From Asterias rubens (lineage: Eukaryota), in the NCBI RefSeq assembly GCF_902459465.1, contig NC_047066.1, positions 6,696,001 to 6,760,000 on the forward strand: DNA of 64,000 nucleotides, in the 5' to 3' direction. Below, in pieces: positions 19,401 to 32,531 of the stretch. A program made the position numbers and the translations under genes. The notes under the pieces were generated by a model. It was given only the letters and a program-made list of their open reading frames with translations. It was not told where the DNA came from and searched no databases. Every line of letters begins with the position of its first letter. Within the stretch, counting starts at the first letter, position 1.

Positions 19401-22400
19401 CAAAATTAATCACCGTACTAGCCAAGTACCCAAATGCAGAGAAGACAAGGAAGGAAGTTTCAGTCTTAGATGTGGGAGGAAAATCTCAGAGGATTATTCC
19501 AGGGAAAAAGCCCACGCAGTCAAGTAGGGACTGAAAACCCAATCCACATAGTGCCCCATGCAATTCAAAATGAGGTTTTATAGGTTGAAAGTGAGGAAAG
19601 AAACCACTCCGCCCACCTGATTACCCTAATGGTTATTAATTTAATCCTGCAACTTTCCATTACATTTGTTAGTTGACAACGAATTGGAAATCATCCAACT
19701 GCATTGGTTGCATTGGATAGTACAACTGCGCACAGAAACACGACAAGATAACAACATGAAAAATGACTTTTACTTCTTATCGTTTGTTTTCCAGGTGGGT
19801 CAGAAGACATCATCATCTGGGACATTGGAATTCCAGAGGGGCCAGACTATAAATGCAAAACAAAGTAAGTAGACAGGTAGCTTTTTACTATCATTATCTT
19901 TAACCGTGTAATTTTATTGTAAATTTGTGGACGTTTGTGTTTTGTGTCGTACAAGAAGTATCCAAACCCTTTAAACTTTGCAAAGCCACGTCTTCATTTG
20001 TGTTTTCCCTTCTGTTTTTAATCTTTGCAGAAAGATGTATCACCTGGCCGCCCCCGGTCGTGTGCTCGGCCTCGTTGCCTTGCCGTCAACTGACTTCATA
20101 CTGGCAGGATGTGAAAACGGTTGCTACGGATGGAGGATAGATAATAAACAACCCTTCGGCAAGAAGGGAAGGTAAATAACCTCTGCCACGTCTTTGAGCC
20201 GGCGGAAACGCTACTAAGTCCCACAAAGCTCAATACACTACACCCCAAATACTGAATATTTTGTTATCGAAAAACCTATGAATAAACTTGATTGATCACA
20301 ATCAATTCGAATCTATTGTGCTAATTAGTCATGCGTGCATGAAGTTTGCATATCTCGACCAAATAAGGGAATTTACACTGGAGTGTTGGGTATTTGAAAC
20401 TGGGTATGGATTGCGCCTCGTATAAAAAGTATGGATCCCTAGAACGGTCATGATTTGTTAAAAATAAATACCATCATAAGAACCAAATAAATATATTCAC
20501 ATCAAATTACCAAAGTTATATCAACTGAAAATGCATGCGCAACAGATGAATATCAAAACACATCACAATGAAAGTAAGCCTCATTTTTCATTTCATTTAT
20601 AAAAATAAAAAAAACAGAATTCCAATTTTCAAGATTTGATGTTCATAAGTAGTTTTCCTGATTGGTTGTTGCAGAGCACACAGCGTGGAGTTTCTTCTGC
20701 CGAGTAAAGCGCGTCTCGCTGAAGCCATCAAGGGTGATGAAGAGGAGGAGGAAGGGGAGGGTGATATGATAGATGGACTGGCTCTACTCAACGATAAACT
20801 AGTCGGTAAGAGACATCGAGGACCAATGGGAGACTTTTTTTTATGTATTTTTTTGTATGCAAGTTTGCCCCAGACAAGGCTGGAAGTCACTCTTGGTTGG
20901 GGCTACAAGACGAAACATTGTTTTAAGTGTATATAGCTCAGGGGAGCTCAAGGTAGGAATTCATATTCTTCTTATACCAGTCTAACTGTAGGATGCACCG
21001 GTCAAGGAGTCCCAGTACATGGAATAAAGCTGTTGGAATTGCTCCTTGTTCTGTATATTTCAGCAAAGCAAGAGTGCATGGGTGAGAAGAAGCAGAAAGT
21101 CTGGTTTCACGCTCAAAAATTCCAATATTTAAGCATAACAATTTTGAGACGGGTTTTTGAATTATGAGACCAGTCAATGTAGCACAAGGTGCTGTGGTGC
21201 ATTCAACATCCACTGCCCTACTGCGCAGTCTGGAGCAACCTAACTGGTTTTATCTTGATATCTTTTTGTGGATTTCATCTAAAGTAACAATTTGCTGATT
21301 ATTTTGTTTGGCATATTGGCCGCAATTCACACGTATCGGCCTGATACGCTAAGCTTGTGCATGGGGGACATAGCCATGTCCGAGTGTTACTAAAGGCACT
21401 TCATTTCCATTGCAGCCAGTAAAGTCGCGTGTGACGGAGCGATTCATGTATGGAACCTCGTTGATGCGCACAAGAAGAAACCAGTCAACAAAGAAGTAGC
21501 TGTTACACCTCAATGCACACTGAAATGGTGCGACTCGGACAGTGTGTATCTAGATATCGGAACATGGCAAGGTAGGTGGCATAATAATAGTGGATTCTTA
21601 TATTTTGCTCATATCCGTCACTTAGTGTTGCCCAAGGCTTTAACATACAGTACTTTCCAGTGCACTTTAACACTCGGCAGCGACACACCTTTTATAATCC
21701 TCTCTCACAAATTTTCATGCAGTGGAAATATTGTCAACATGAAAAGACACTATTTTCTAATCCACAACAAAGAGTACTGCTGTACAAATAAAACAATCTT
21801 GACGAAAAGAGCTGATAAACAGAACAAATGGAATAATGTTAAAAAAATTAATTAAATTCTATGGAATCAGACGAGGGTTTATCTATTTCTTCTTTCTACT
21901 CCTTTCAGGTTGTGGTACGATGGTGAGTGGTGACGATGAAGGCAAGATATGGGTGTATGACACTTCAAAACTACCCATCGCTCCAGTCAAAACACCCACA
22001 ACTAGAAAACCAACACATGTAAGTATCGTCAGGCCTGTTTTTGAAAGGGCAAGGGCACCAAGGCATTTTCTCCTTGGCAAAGGTAGACTTGATTCAAGTC
22101 CCGTTCTCGTGAGAGGGGCCCTAACCATGCCCGCAGTCAAAATGTAGCTATCGTGTTCCCAAATATGGGACTTGACAAGGTCTTTTCTTACTCTGCATGT
22201 TGTTATCGAAAAATATCCCCCAAAAAGTGCTGCTCCTTCGGTAAAATATTGATTATACTCTGTGACATCACAGTGCAACACGTCTGGGCACGCGTGCACG
22301 CGTCTATAGAAAAGTGACTGACGAAGGGCACCCTATAATTGTACATTGTAAATTTCTACCAGAGCATTTGAAGGCCACCAAGGCAATGACTAGGAAGCAT

Positions 22401-23041
22401 GGAGACAATCGCCTTTGTTGCCTCCGTCAAGTGTCAGACCTGTATTTTTGCACTGTACTTGAGGGGGTTTTGCCGCTATTAATTCCAAGACAGGTAGTCC
22501 GGTAACAATTCTCGGATGTCAAATATTTGTTTGATTTCCATCGGACTGTATTCCCATGAGAGATATGGTTTTACTCGCTGAAAGGCACACAGTTTTCCGA
22601 TGCACTAAAGACATGCCCTATGCCATTGTACACCGCAGTTTGACTGGCTGATTAAATGTAGTGCATGAATACACAATGTGATAAAGGCTACTAACAGTAT
22701 TGCTTCTCAGAGTCAAAAACTGGGGCAAAAAAAACTATAACCACATTACTTTGAAGTGAAATGTTTCTCAAAATGTTTTATACTATCGAGCGCTGCTGTA
22801 GGCTTCTAATCAATTTTGTTATTGCCATTAAGTGATTACCAAAGCATGCCTTCCCATTAACATATATTTTTGTTCTCTTAACCCATAGCTACTTTACTGG
22901 CCGGATGAGCAACCCAATGACAGTTCATCGACCTCGTCAAACGACCACATCATCATCAACGATGTCGCGATCAGTTCAGATTGTAAATACATTGTATCAG
23001 TCACAAACAGAAATGTTATATGCATTTGGAGAAAACTTTAG
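13495..23041 (+). CDS. LRWD1: Leucine-rich repeat and WD repeat-containing protein 1 (ORCA); exons 13495-14478, 15009-15140, 15734-15847, 16274-16426, 16870-17550, 17762-17882, 18167-18273, 18623-18836, 19795-19864, 20031-20171, 20675-20805, 21416-21571, 21909-22018, 22889-23041 (about 1088 aa)
   Basis: LRRs (IRVLDMSNRKI, LEELDISFNKI, LRYLNLKKNSL, LEELNIDENDL; cap LPKLKKLNG) are followed by WD40 repeats with LRWD1 hallmarks (MLRCHSMENDPTDAKTNVWKCAFEP, TVASCGGNTVCVIDCSTG, EFYCVAWT, NILAVAG, GDDEGKIWVYD). The 14 exons splice in phase and total 3267 nt ending in TAG. The start codon and any 5' UTR exon are less certain. Confidence 0.9.
14535..14907 (+). mobile_element. TTAA-MITE, main family (diverged copy)
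   Basis: Shares ttgtcaaagacc...ctcacttggtg...acttcagagggagcc...ctcacaatgttttatactatcaac with the other copies and ends gcct|ttaa. Confidence 0.8.
18903..19207. repeat. 50-bp minisatellite, about 6 copies, in an LRWD1 intron
   Basis: catgattgaaga(c/t)aaacacactgccagacacaccgtggcaaacccctttt starts at 18905, 18955, 19006, 19056, 19106 and 19156. Units are contiguous with no unique spacers. Confidence 0.95.
19241..19370 (-). mobile_element. SINE family A fragment
   Basis: acgaagcaatggttaagtgtcttgcttaaggacac...gctgatcagaaacaccagag matches 3340-3430. Confidence 0.7.
22030..22442 (-). mobile_element. CAGG-ended MITE (inverted copy) interrupted by an insert of about 240 bp
   Basis: Both ends are reverse complements of the 38415-38590 element; the segment at about 22083-22325 is absent from the short copies. 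Confidence 0.6.
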
Positions 23042-23763
23042 TCTTTCATGTTCCCCCGCCCTCCCCCCCCACCCGCTCCCCCAAGTCAAATTAAAAACAA
23101 CAACAGGAAAAGTCCCAAAATTCCTGTGTATTTTTAAAAACTGTGTTGTGGATACCTTGTGTTTTTTAAAAGACCTCTTAAAAATTGGTAGAATTTGTAA
23201 ATTGTTTCTTGGATACTGAAAATGTTGACTTTTTTAAACGATATTTTTTGTTTTATATTTTAGTTTACCGTCAATTACTCTTGTAAAGTTTTTATTAATT
23301 TGTTTGTTTTTATTTTATTTTATTTTTTAAGATACTTACGTAAATCCTTTTTGTTGTTGTTTCAGACTTTCTGCTGGACTTACATTTCAAATGAATTTTG
23401 TAAAGCTTTAACATGCTCCGAACTAAAGTAATAAATTAACTTACAAAAAAAGAATAATAAATGCGATTTTGAAATTTGGCTGATCAAATATTTAAACAAA
23501 TTGACACTTGCTTTTTTTTTTACTTTTTTTTTTTTACTTTAAGAATGGCATGAATGAAATATAATTTAAACATTCCGGTTTGCAAATAGGAAAATGGCGC
23601 TTGATTTGATTACAAAAATATGTGAGAGAATATTGGCTGAAAATGGTACATTTTCAAAATTTCAGGCTCATATTTAATTGGGTCCTTGGCCCACGGCCCA
23701 ATTTCATAGTGCTGCTTGAGGACATTAAGTAGCTATGCAAAGCGCAATTATGGTTCCCAGAAT

Positions 23764-23881
23764 ATGGTTAGCAGCTTAAATACCATGTCACATGTACAAT
23801 CTGTGACTGGTAGCCTCTTTGTTTATGGTTAGCAGCTTAAATACCATGTCACATGTACAATCTGTGACTGGTAGGCTCTTT
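23764..23881. repeat. 61-bp tandem duplication
   Basis: atggttagcagcttaaataccatgtcacatgtacaatctgtgactggtag occurs at 23764 and 23825. Confidence 0.9.
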
Positions 23882-25544
23882 CCAACCATATGCATTTTAT
23901 GAAAAACGGTTACAAACGCTTTTTATAGATCAACTCGTCCGATCCAAGGCAACGTGTTCCTTTGAAATGGGTTATTGTTCTTGGAAAGACAGAGAAGTTT
24001 TTTATCTGTCTGTCCATTGTACTTGGATGTCATATTTCCTGTGCTACCAATTTGTTTTACTTTTACATCGGTTCAGAGTAGGTTGATTTTGCCACGTGTA
24101 AAGATTTGTGATTTGAAAATTTTTTGTGCTTTTTCATGAAATGCATACAGTGGGAAGGCCACTTAAAAACTTGTTTTGTTTCCAAAATATTTTTTTGTTG
24201 TTTTTTTTCCTCACTATATTATACCTCAGTGTATTAACGTGTATATAGTAAGACATCATGTAATGTGTAGGCGGGTAGTGTAGTGTTGCGTTGAGTCAGT
24301 TGTACATAAGGTCAGGGCTTGGTTTGGGTTCGTCAGTGTTCATAAACAATTCTGAAATTATCTCAAATCAGCGACTCTTTCTATCACTTGCAAAATTGGT
24401 TTTTATAAATGTTCACAAATTTTCTGAAATATCTCGAAGCAGTGACTCTTTATATTACAAACCAAAATTATGGAATTGCTAAACTTTTGAGTCTAGTTGT
24501 CTTTTGAATTGGGTGAGCAGTAATTTTTTTTTTACAGAATCATGTTTAAAGCATGGCTGGAGGGATTTTTTGTTGTGTTACCAAAGTCTAAAACTGTTTT
24601 TATCCATTGGTCCTTGTTGCCTTGTCAAATATGCAAATACCTTTTTTGTTAAACTTTGGTGTATGAATCGTTATTTTTCTAGATTTCATGTTATATTGTT
24701 TTCAGTAAGTCAGCATCATGCAATTTTCCTCCTACATGTCCATCATTTATTCGCTCTATCGTATAAAACCCTTACACCAAAATGTATAATTTATGGTGCA
24801 CTTAATTGACTACCATGTCAGGTTTAATATAATTAGGTTAATCAAGACTGTGAGCATATTATGCAGTTACTTGTAGCATTTGCGAAGTTTTTAAACACGT
24901 ACATGTTCTGCTCACTTTAGAACAAATTTGTTGGCTGTTTGAATTTTCTTTGAAAAATACGTTTTCAAAGCAATTAGGGTTAGGTTACCTGTGATTCAAC
25001 TTTATTAAAGTGGGAAAGAAACTTATATGTACACATTGATAATTAAAATGAACCTTAATCAAGAATATCACTGAATGTACAAAAATTAAAACCCCAAACC
25101 CAAAATATGTAATTGTAATAATTGTAGTTTACCAAGCCAATAAATATACAGATGTTTCGTAAAGAACCACATTGAGATGCTGAGGTTTGGTCATTTGTTT
25201 ACAATGCAATCAACATATGTTTGTTTTTTTGTTTGTTGGGGTGTTTGGTTGGTTATAAACTGTCACCAGGGGCACATTGTCACCTATTCCTGGGGCTAAA
25301 ACAGGGTTATTACCTTCAAAGTCCGCAAGAATGTGGACATGGGTATCATCATTTAGGAGCCTCACCTTCTATGAAGCAATTATGATTAAAAGCCTTGCTC
25401 AAGGGCACAAGTGCCTTGCTCAAGGGCACAAGTGTCTTTGGAGGGATTCAAACCCAGTCTGCTGCTGACGAAACCAAATCTTGGGCTCTGTCAAAACTGC
25501 TCGACCAGTGGTTGCAACTGATCAGTAATATTGTAAAATGACCC

Positions 25545-26255
25545 ACATTTGGGGTGGCATGGTTGGCTTGTGCATAAAACGCTCGCCTCTCACCAAGGTG
25601 CCCCCTGGTTCGATTCCCGGCCAGGGCCATTATGTGAGTTGAGTTGTGTGTTGGTTCTCTCCTGTGCCTTGAGGGTTTTCAAGACTATCCGGTTTTCCTC
25701 CCTTGGGAAAAATCAAACACTTTGGCTATGCTCCGTAGTCATAATGGGTCGATGTGGCTGGCAGCCAAAGGCGCCCTTGCATGCCTGCTTCTTGTAGCCC
25801 CGCCCTTCGCAATTCAGCTCTAGCTGCGAGTAAGGATGATTAGCCACCAAATTATTATTTTGTCAAAACAAACACAAGTTAAAATAGTCATAATGGGTCG
25901 ATGTAGCTGGCAGCCAAAGGCGCCCTTGCATGCCTGCTACTTGTAGCCCCGCCCTTCGCAATTCAGCTCTAGCTGCGAGTAAGGATGATTAGCCACCAAA
26001 TTATTATTGTTTTGTCAAAACAAACACAAGTTAAAATAACGCAGACTGTCCGGTTTTCCTCCCTTGGGAAAAATCAAACACTTTGGATATGCTCCGTAGT
26101 CATAATGGGTCGATGTGGCTGGCAGCCAAAGGCGCCCTTGCATGCCTGCTTCTTGTAGCCCCGCCCTTCGCAATTCAGCTCTAGCTGCGAGTAAGGATGA
26201 TTAGCCACCAAATTATTATTGTTTTGTCAAAACAAACACAAGTTAAAATAACGCA
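25545..26255 (+). mobile_element. SINE family B copy with a tandemly triplicated 3' region
   Basis: A tRNA-like head (ggttcgattcccggcc) is followed by three near-identical blocks of about 150 bp (gtcataatgggtcgatgt...caaaacaaacacaagttaaaat) at about 25738, 25887 and 26098. The third block is preceded by a repeat of the tccggttttcctcccttggg segment. Confidence 0.8.
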
Positions 26256-27930
26256 AACTCAAATCACGACCAATTTTAAAATCCTCCACATTCTCATTTT
26301 TATTCATCACTTTTAATTTTTTTTTTTTTTCAATCACCATCTCTCAAAACAAGTATTTGGAAACTCTACATTATTGATGTCATGATTACAATTACAAAAG
26401 AAAGTCCAATTATTATCAAACAACCAAAATCCTTCTCCAACAAGAAATAAATAAATGTACGTAAAGCCTTAAGACTACTTGGATTCTCTACAGCACTACA
26501 AAGACAGTACAAAAAGCATTTTTTAAATTTGTTTTTATCTTAAAAGATGAAGTTTTGTAGCCACCTGAAACCCCAAAACCCCCATTCTTCTTGATATACT
26601 CTAAAACATCACATATAAACTGATTGTGCTCCAGTGCTTTTTCTCTCATAATTTGTTCATTATTTTTCTGTTAATTATCTATGACTATGATACAATAATT
26701 ACAAATAGATTTTTTAACCCCAAACCACCTAAATGCATATTTCTTCCACAATTTGCAAAGTTTGTTTTAGAAATTCTTAGGCAAATTTACATATTCAAAA
26801 AAGAAAACCTGTTGATCGCCAGAGATGTTTTATTATTCTTTTTTTTTTTATGAAAACAAAATTTAAAATAACCAAAAACAAAACTTGAGTACAGACACAA
26901 TGTCTACAACTTTAGCACAAATGTTTACGCCTTGAGAAAAATATACAAAAATTGCAGCACACAAAAAATCTGGTCATTACTAGTGTACTTAACAATGTCC
27001 CTCTCTCTCACTCGCTCATAAAAACAAGAGGAAAAACCCTGGTAAATTAAACTTAAATAAAAAAAGAAATCAAACAATAGGGCAATGGATAATTTGCATA
27101 AATAAATACAATATGATCGATAGCGGAGAATAACTTCTTCAAAAACAATTTAAAAATTGTTTTTTTACTAAAATTACGGAATTGTACACTATGATTGCAT
27201 TTGATATCTGCTATTATCGTAAAAAATGGTTTTGCAAAATTGGTGGCCAAATGTTGAAATTTCGTCTCCAGAAATCAAATGGGGAAAATATTTTGAGAGG
27301 GTTTTGTGTAATGGTTTTACTGAACGGGAACATTTCAGACACTACATGGCAGTTAAAAAATGCAGTGATTCCTTTCTTCCACTCATTAACATCTTATTTC
27401 TCTGTCCAATCGATGCATTGTAGTAAAAAACAAAAACAAAGTAGAAATTGTTTAACCTTGTTTTAAAAAAATATTAAATATATATCAACAAATCCACGAG
27501 AGTTCACCTGTGGTCATGCATGATATGGCATAAAGTGAGCAAAATGTACAATGAAAAACAGATACAAAATAACAACAAACATAAACATCGGTTGTTCATT
27601 GATAACAAAAAGAGTTGTTCGATTAATTTAGCGGTTTCAATTACAATAAAAGATGAAATAGTTTATTGTGCATCTTGTAAACCAAATCCAAAGCTTGAGT
27701 CGAACCTTTGATTGGACTTTAGAAATAGTTTGCATGGCGACTTGATGCCAGCAGTCGCCTTTATCAAATAAAACTGGGTACAATTAATCATAATTTGTTA
27801 AGAATACCGCTGGTATTTAGGGAACTCGGAGGGAAACCCTGTTGAATCTCTAACAGAAAATTCTTGATTACAAGAACTGGGGTCCATTTCACAAAACTCT
27901 TCCTCACTTAGGATCGATCCTGGGCTTTAA

Positions 27931-28309
27931 GGCAGTGGACACTATTGGTATTTTACTTAAAATAATTATTAGCATAAAACCTCACTTGGTAACGACTAAT
28001 GGGGAGAGGTTGATAGTATAAAACATTATGAGAAACGGCTTCCTCTTAAGTGACGTAGTTTTCGAGCAAGAAGTAATTTTCCACGAATTTGATTTCAAGA
28101 CCTCAAGTTTAGAATTTGAGGTCTCGAAATCAAGCATCTGAAAGCACACAACTTTGTGTGACAAGGGTGTTTTTTTCTTTCATAGTTATCCCGCAACTCC
28201 GACGACCAATCGAGCTCAAATTTTCACAGGTTTGTTATTTCATGCATATGTTGAGATACACCAAGTGAGAAAAATGGTCTTTGACAATTACCAATAGTGT
28301 CCAGTGTCT
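27931..28309 (-). mobile_element. TTAA-MITE, main family, inverted and nested in another repeat
   Basis: ttaa|ggcagtggacactattggt ... accaatagtgtccagtgtct|ttaa, with the body the reverse complement of 31527-31902. Confidence 0.9.
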
Positions 28310-31300
28310 TTAAGGACAAGTCCAAGCCATAGGTCGATCCTAAGATTGTCCTAAAGGACGCGTCCAAAGTTAGGACGAGTTACCCTTATAGACCCTTTTG
28401 GAAACCACGGCATCAGCTCCAGATTCGGTTCAGGCTAGCTTGGCGCTCGCAGTTGTTTTGACAATTGCGCAAGCTTTGCGTACGCGCTCAGGGCTTCAGA
28501 CCAGAGAACAGAGCCTGAAGCCAAATTCAAAGCCTAAGCCGTGGATTCGAAAATTACCATAGTTGAAAGAACAAATATGGAGAGGAGGAGAATCAGATTA
28601 TAGGCACTGTTTGTTTTAGTTATGTAATGCCATGGGGTTAGGGGTGGTTCCCAATTGTATTTGCACATTCTGCTCATTAAAAATTGACTTGGAACCAGAC
28701 TACTTTGTGGCAACGTATTTTTAAAGCTAGGATATCTAGGGTTTATTTAATCTACAGTACAAAAAAAAATGGTCCCTCACGGTTCAAAACATTGTCTCAA
28801 TATTTGCATATTTTCAAGTCTTTTGAAAAAACTAAGTTGATTCTGCTGACTTTGGGTCATTTTTATTGGAAAAGCTTGGGTTAACTAAGTGGAAAATGTA
28901 CATTGGAAGGTTTTTGTTGTTTTTTTGTTTTTGTTTTTTAAGCATAATTACCCTTTTTTACAATACAATCATTTATTATTATTATTATTTTTTTTTACAT
29001 CATAATTTAGTTTTGAAAAACACTACCTCACATTCCATCCAAAGAATCCATAACGTTTTGGAAAAAGAAACAATTCTCAGTACGCACACACACATTACAC
29101 GGAATGGATTAAACATAAAAACAAAATTGCCATCATTTCTGTATAATAAACACATAATTCAAACTGATTTCCTTTTGTTTGCCGTTCGTATTATGTGTTG
29201 AATAAATATTGAAATAAACTACAATCTACATAGATATTTACAAAGATATGATATATTAGTAAGATTTCTATGCTAGTACATCTGACAAAAATTACATTTA
29301 AAGAAGAAAATCTGTTTACCTACACGATGTGTGCTACCCAACTATAAACCGTCATCATATTGTTTGATGGTATTAACTCCATCACCCATTTCCAAATCAT
29401 GAAACACATTTAGTGGTACTCGAACCCACACCACTCCGCATGCATAAATTACATGCACTGCATGAAAATTTCCGTCGTAACTTTTTTTTCCACAAATCTA
29501 AAACAGTTGATTTGAATTCATATGGGGCTTGGCACATATTGTGTAGATAAGAGAATTCCAAAGTGATTTAAGTAGGTTTCTGAAAAAATGTGAGGGATTT
29601 TACAGCAAACGGGCAAAATAGTCTGGCCTGTTTTTTTTCTTTCTCTTAAGGACAATGCAGCATTGATTTCTTCTGGGCCGAACAAACTGAATGGTTTTAT
29701 CGGCCGACATTCTTCCTCTCCTACACAGCAGCATTGGCAAGGAAGTATTCAAAAACTGCAGCAAAAAAGTTTCCCCTTTTTAAAAAATTGCTATGAAAGT
29801 GTTCTCCCATCACACAAATGAATCTGGCCTCGCATTCCTACTTGGACATTGCATTCCTACTTGGGCACCAAAGAAAACAAAATGGCTGACTGCATTCATA
29901 TCACCAGAACACTTTTGCATCATCTTTGTTTTCCTCCCTTTCTTTCCCTCTCTCAAAAGAGATCCAACAAGACAATTCACAACACAACCACAAGCCAAAA
30001 TACCATGGAAACCCAAAATATATTTCATTACTGGCAGACCGCGCACAAAATCTAATGTCCACGAACAACGTTTCCGCCTCGCCCGAAAAAAACCATATAC
30101 AAAGTTTAAAACTGTACAAATTATTCAAATGTCGGTAAAAACGTTGACGTCTGTCTTTAATGCAGAGAAAATCTAAGTATGTCCTCTGTACATTATGGTC
30201 TTCATTTGCACGTTTTGTTAAAATTCATAATCACCTTTTTGTTATCTTAATTATTTTCTTTTTTTCAACGTCTTCACAAATGTCCCAGGAATACCACTGA
30301 TGTCTTGTCTCAAACAACAATTGAACTTATGAGTCCATGATTGGAATAAGAAAAGGCTGTCACAGTGGTAAGGGCATCTTGTCCCCGCCCCCCTCTTCCA
30401 CCATAATCCATCCACCTTCAAAATAATCCATGCGATCAAGCTGAGGCTAGACTAGAAAAACAGTCTCCCCTTTTGTCATGTTTTGAGAAACAGTTATTGC
30501 TTACAGAGGGAATGAGACAAGACTAACCACAGCCTGATGAAAGTCTATGGATTATTTTGAATGCCAATGCGGGACAATACAGTACTTCAGCATGGAAATT
30601 AGTAAACCCCCCTCTGGGACCAATGAGCCGGTCTATTCACAACCCTAGGAAAATTGATAACATAATCGATACATTGTTTATACGGGGGAGTACAAATGAA
30701 TTGCAACTCCAAATGTGATGAGGAAATTTGTTGAAACACCATGACCAGAGATGTATTTTTGGAAGCTTTTTACTTGAATATATTTTCAAGGGGCTTCTGC
30801 AGTCAGTGCAGCGGATGTAATATTTTCAGCCCTTTTCCACTTTCATTGAAAATTACACATACATATTGTATGAACAAACAATAATTTAGCATGCTAAGTA
30901 CAAGAAGCCCTAATTGCATTAAAAGTCCACTGAAAAATGAAAAGGAAAAAAAAAGGCGATTGTAGTATAAAAGGCTATCATCACCTTTCATTATCAGACA
31001 TCGCCCTAGTAAATACGACAAAATCAACTGGTTACAATCCTGTGGTTGAATTAAGTCCTTAAAAACAATTGCACCGTGAACATTGTATGAAAACAACAAA
31101 TTTAAACCCCCCAAAAAACTTAACAATGAAGTATTCAACACTGCATGAGATATGCCTCGACTCACACTCACACCCCCGTAACAACACAATGGTATCTTCC
31201 ATGATAAGTGATAATACGCAATAATGGACTTCTCCATTCATTAGAGGTAGTTATTTGGGGAAAAAATAGCCTGCATATTATTCTTCCAAAAGTTTACGAG

Positions 31301-31526
31301 TTCTACAGTATCTCCACTGGACACTAAAATCAATTGTAATGACTGAACTGGTCACTATGAAAAGAAAGAAAAACCCAAACATCAAAGCTAAAATGTGGAT
31401 TCATGATGAGCCGCTACTTAGAAGTTTACTCTAAGGATTGTGTTAACTAGAAATATAAGACTTCAATGGTTGTTATTCAAACATCACATTTGTATTCCCG
31501 TGGTACCTGTTCTGGTGGTTACTTAA

Positions 31527-31902
31527 AGGCAGTGGACACTATTGGTAATTGTCAAAGACTAGCCTTCACAGTTGGTGTATCTCAACATGTGCATAAAATA
31601 ACAAACCTGTGAAAATTTGAGCTCAATCGGTCATCGAAGTTGCGAGATAATAATGAAAGAAAAACACCCTTGTCACACGAAGTTGTGTGCGTTAGATGGT
31701 TGATTTCGAGACCTCAAGTTCTAAATCTGAGGTCTCGAAATCAAATTCGTGGGAAATTACTTCTTTCTCAAAAACTATGGCACTTCAGAGGGCGCCGTTT
31801 CTCACAATGTTTTATACCATCAACCTCTCCCCATTACTCGTCACCAAGAAAGGTTTTATGCTAATAATTATTTTGAGTAATTACCAATAGTGTCCACTGC
31901 CT
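31527..31902 (+). mobile_element. TTAA-MITE, main family, intact
   Basis: TTAA|AGGCAGTGGACACTATTGGTAATT ... AATTACCAATAGTGTCCACTGCCT|TTAA, a perfect 24-bp TIR. Nearly identical to 61106-61482. Confidence 0.93.
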
Positions 31903-32351
31903 TTAACATGCATCTAAGACCTTTTGAGAGGGTAACTTTAACATCTCTTATAGGGTAACTTTAAACGACTGGTGTCATAAAAGCAAACTGGCATAAGAAA
32001 TAGTACTTCTTCAAACGGAAATCACTGATGGACAATAATTTGAAAGTCAAAACTGAAAGACTTTTTAAAAAAAACATCAAAAGATTTTCCTTCATAAACT
32101 TTCGAGGATCAGAGCTCAATTTCAAAGAGCTGCAGAAAATAATGCCTACACATTTTCTGCTAAGTAAAAAACAGCATGATACCAGTATAAGATTGTACAT
32201 GTGACACACTATTTTGTCTGGTAACCCTATCCTGGTAAGAATAATTTTGTTGTGCTTAGCTAAAAGCAGCTCTATAAAATTGGGCCCGGAATAAGGTACT
32301 TTAATGACCCCCTCGCGCGCACAATGGGCATGTACCTCCACACACCTCCCT

Positions 32352-32531
32352 ATAGACCTTTATCACAGTGTGGCCATCTTGATTTTACTCCATTCCAACT
32401 CATTGTAACCAAACTGAGGCTGGACGAAATAATAGTCTGGTGCCATGTTTGAGCAATGAATGTTTGCATTCATACTGTTAGGGAAACAGGGAACATGACC
32501 AAGATGGTGACAGCGTGATAAATAAAGGTCT
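32352..32531. mobile_element. Small MITE with TAGACCTTTAT termini
   Basis: tagacctttat ... ataaaggtcta inverted ends in a TA context. Confidence 0.5.

Noticed and set aside
30803-31241. 144-aa hydrophobic minus-strand ORF
   Set aside because: AT-rich, low-complexity translation with a non-ATG start and no splice or domain support; likely UTR or intergenic.
31640-31890. Recurrent short ORFs (DFETSSSK.EVSKSNSW.ITSFSKT) seen at many loci
   Set aside because: Chance translations of the same non-coding MITE body; frames and stops differ among copies.
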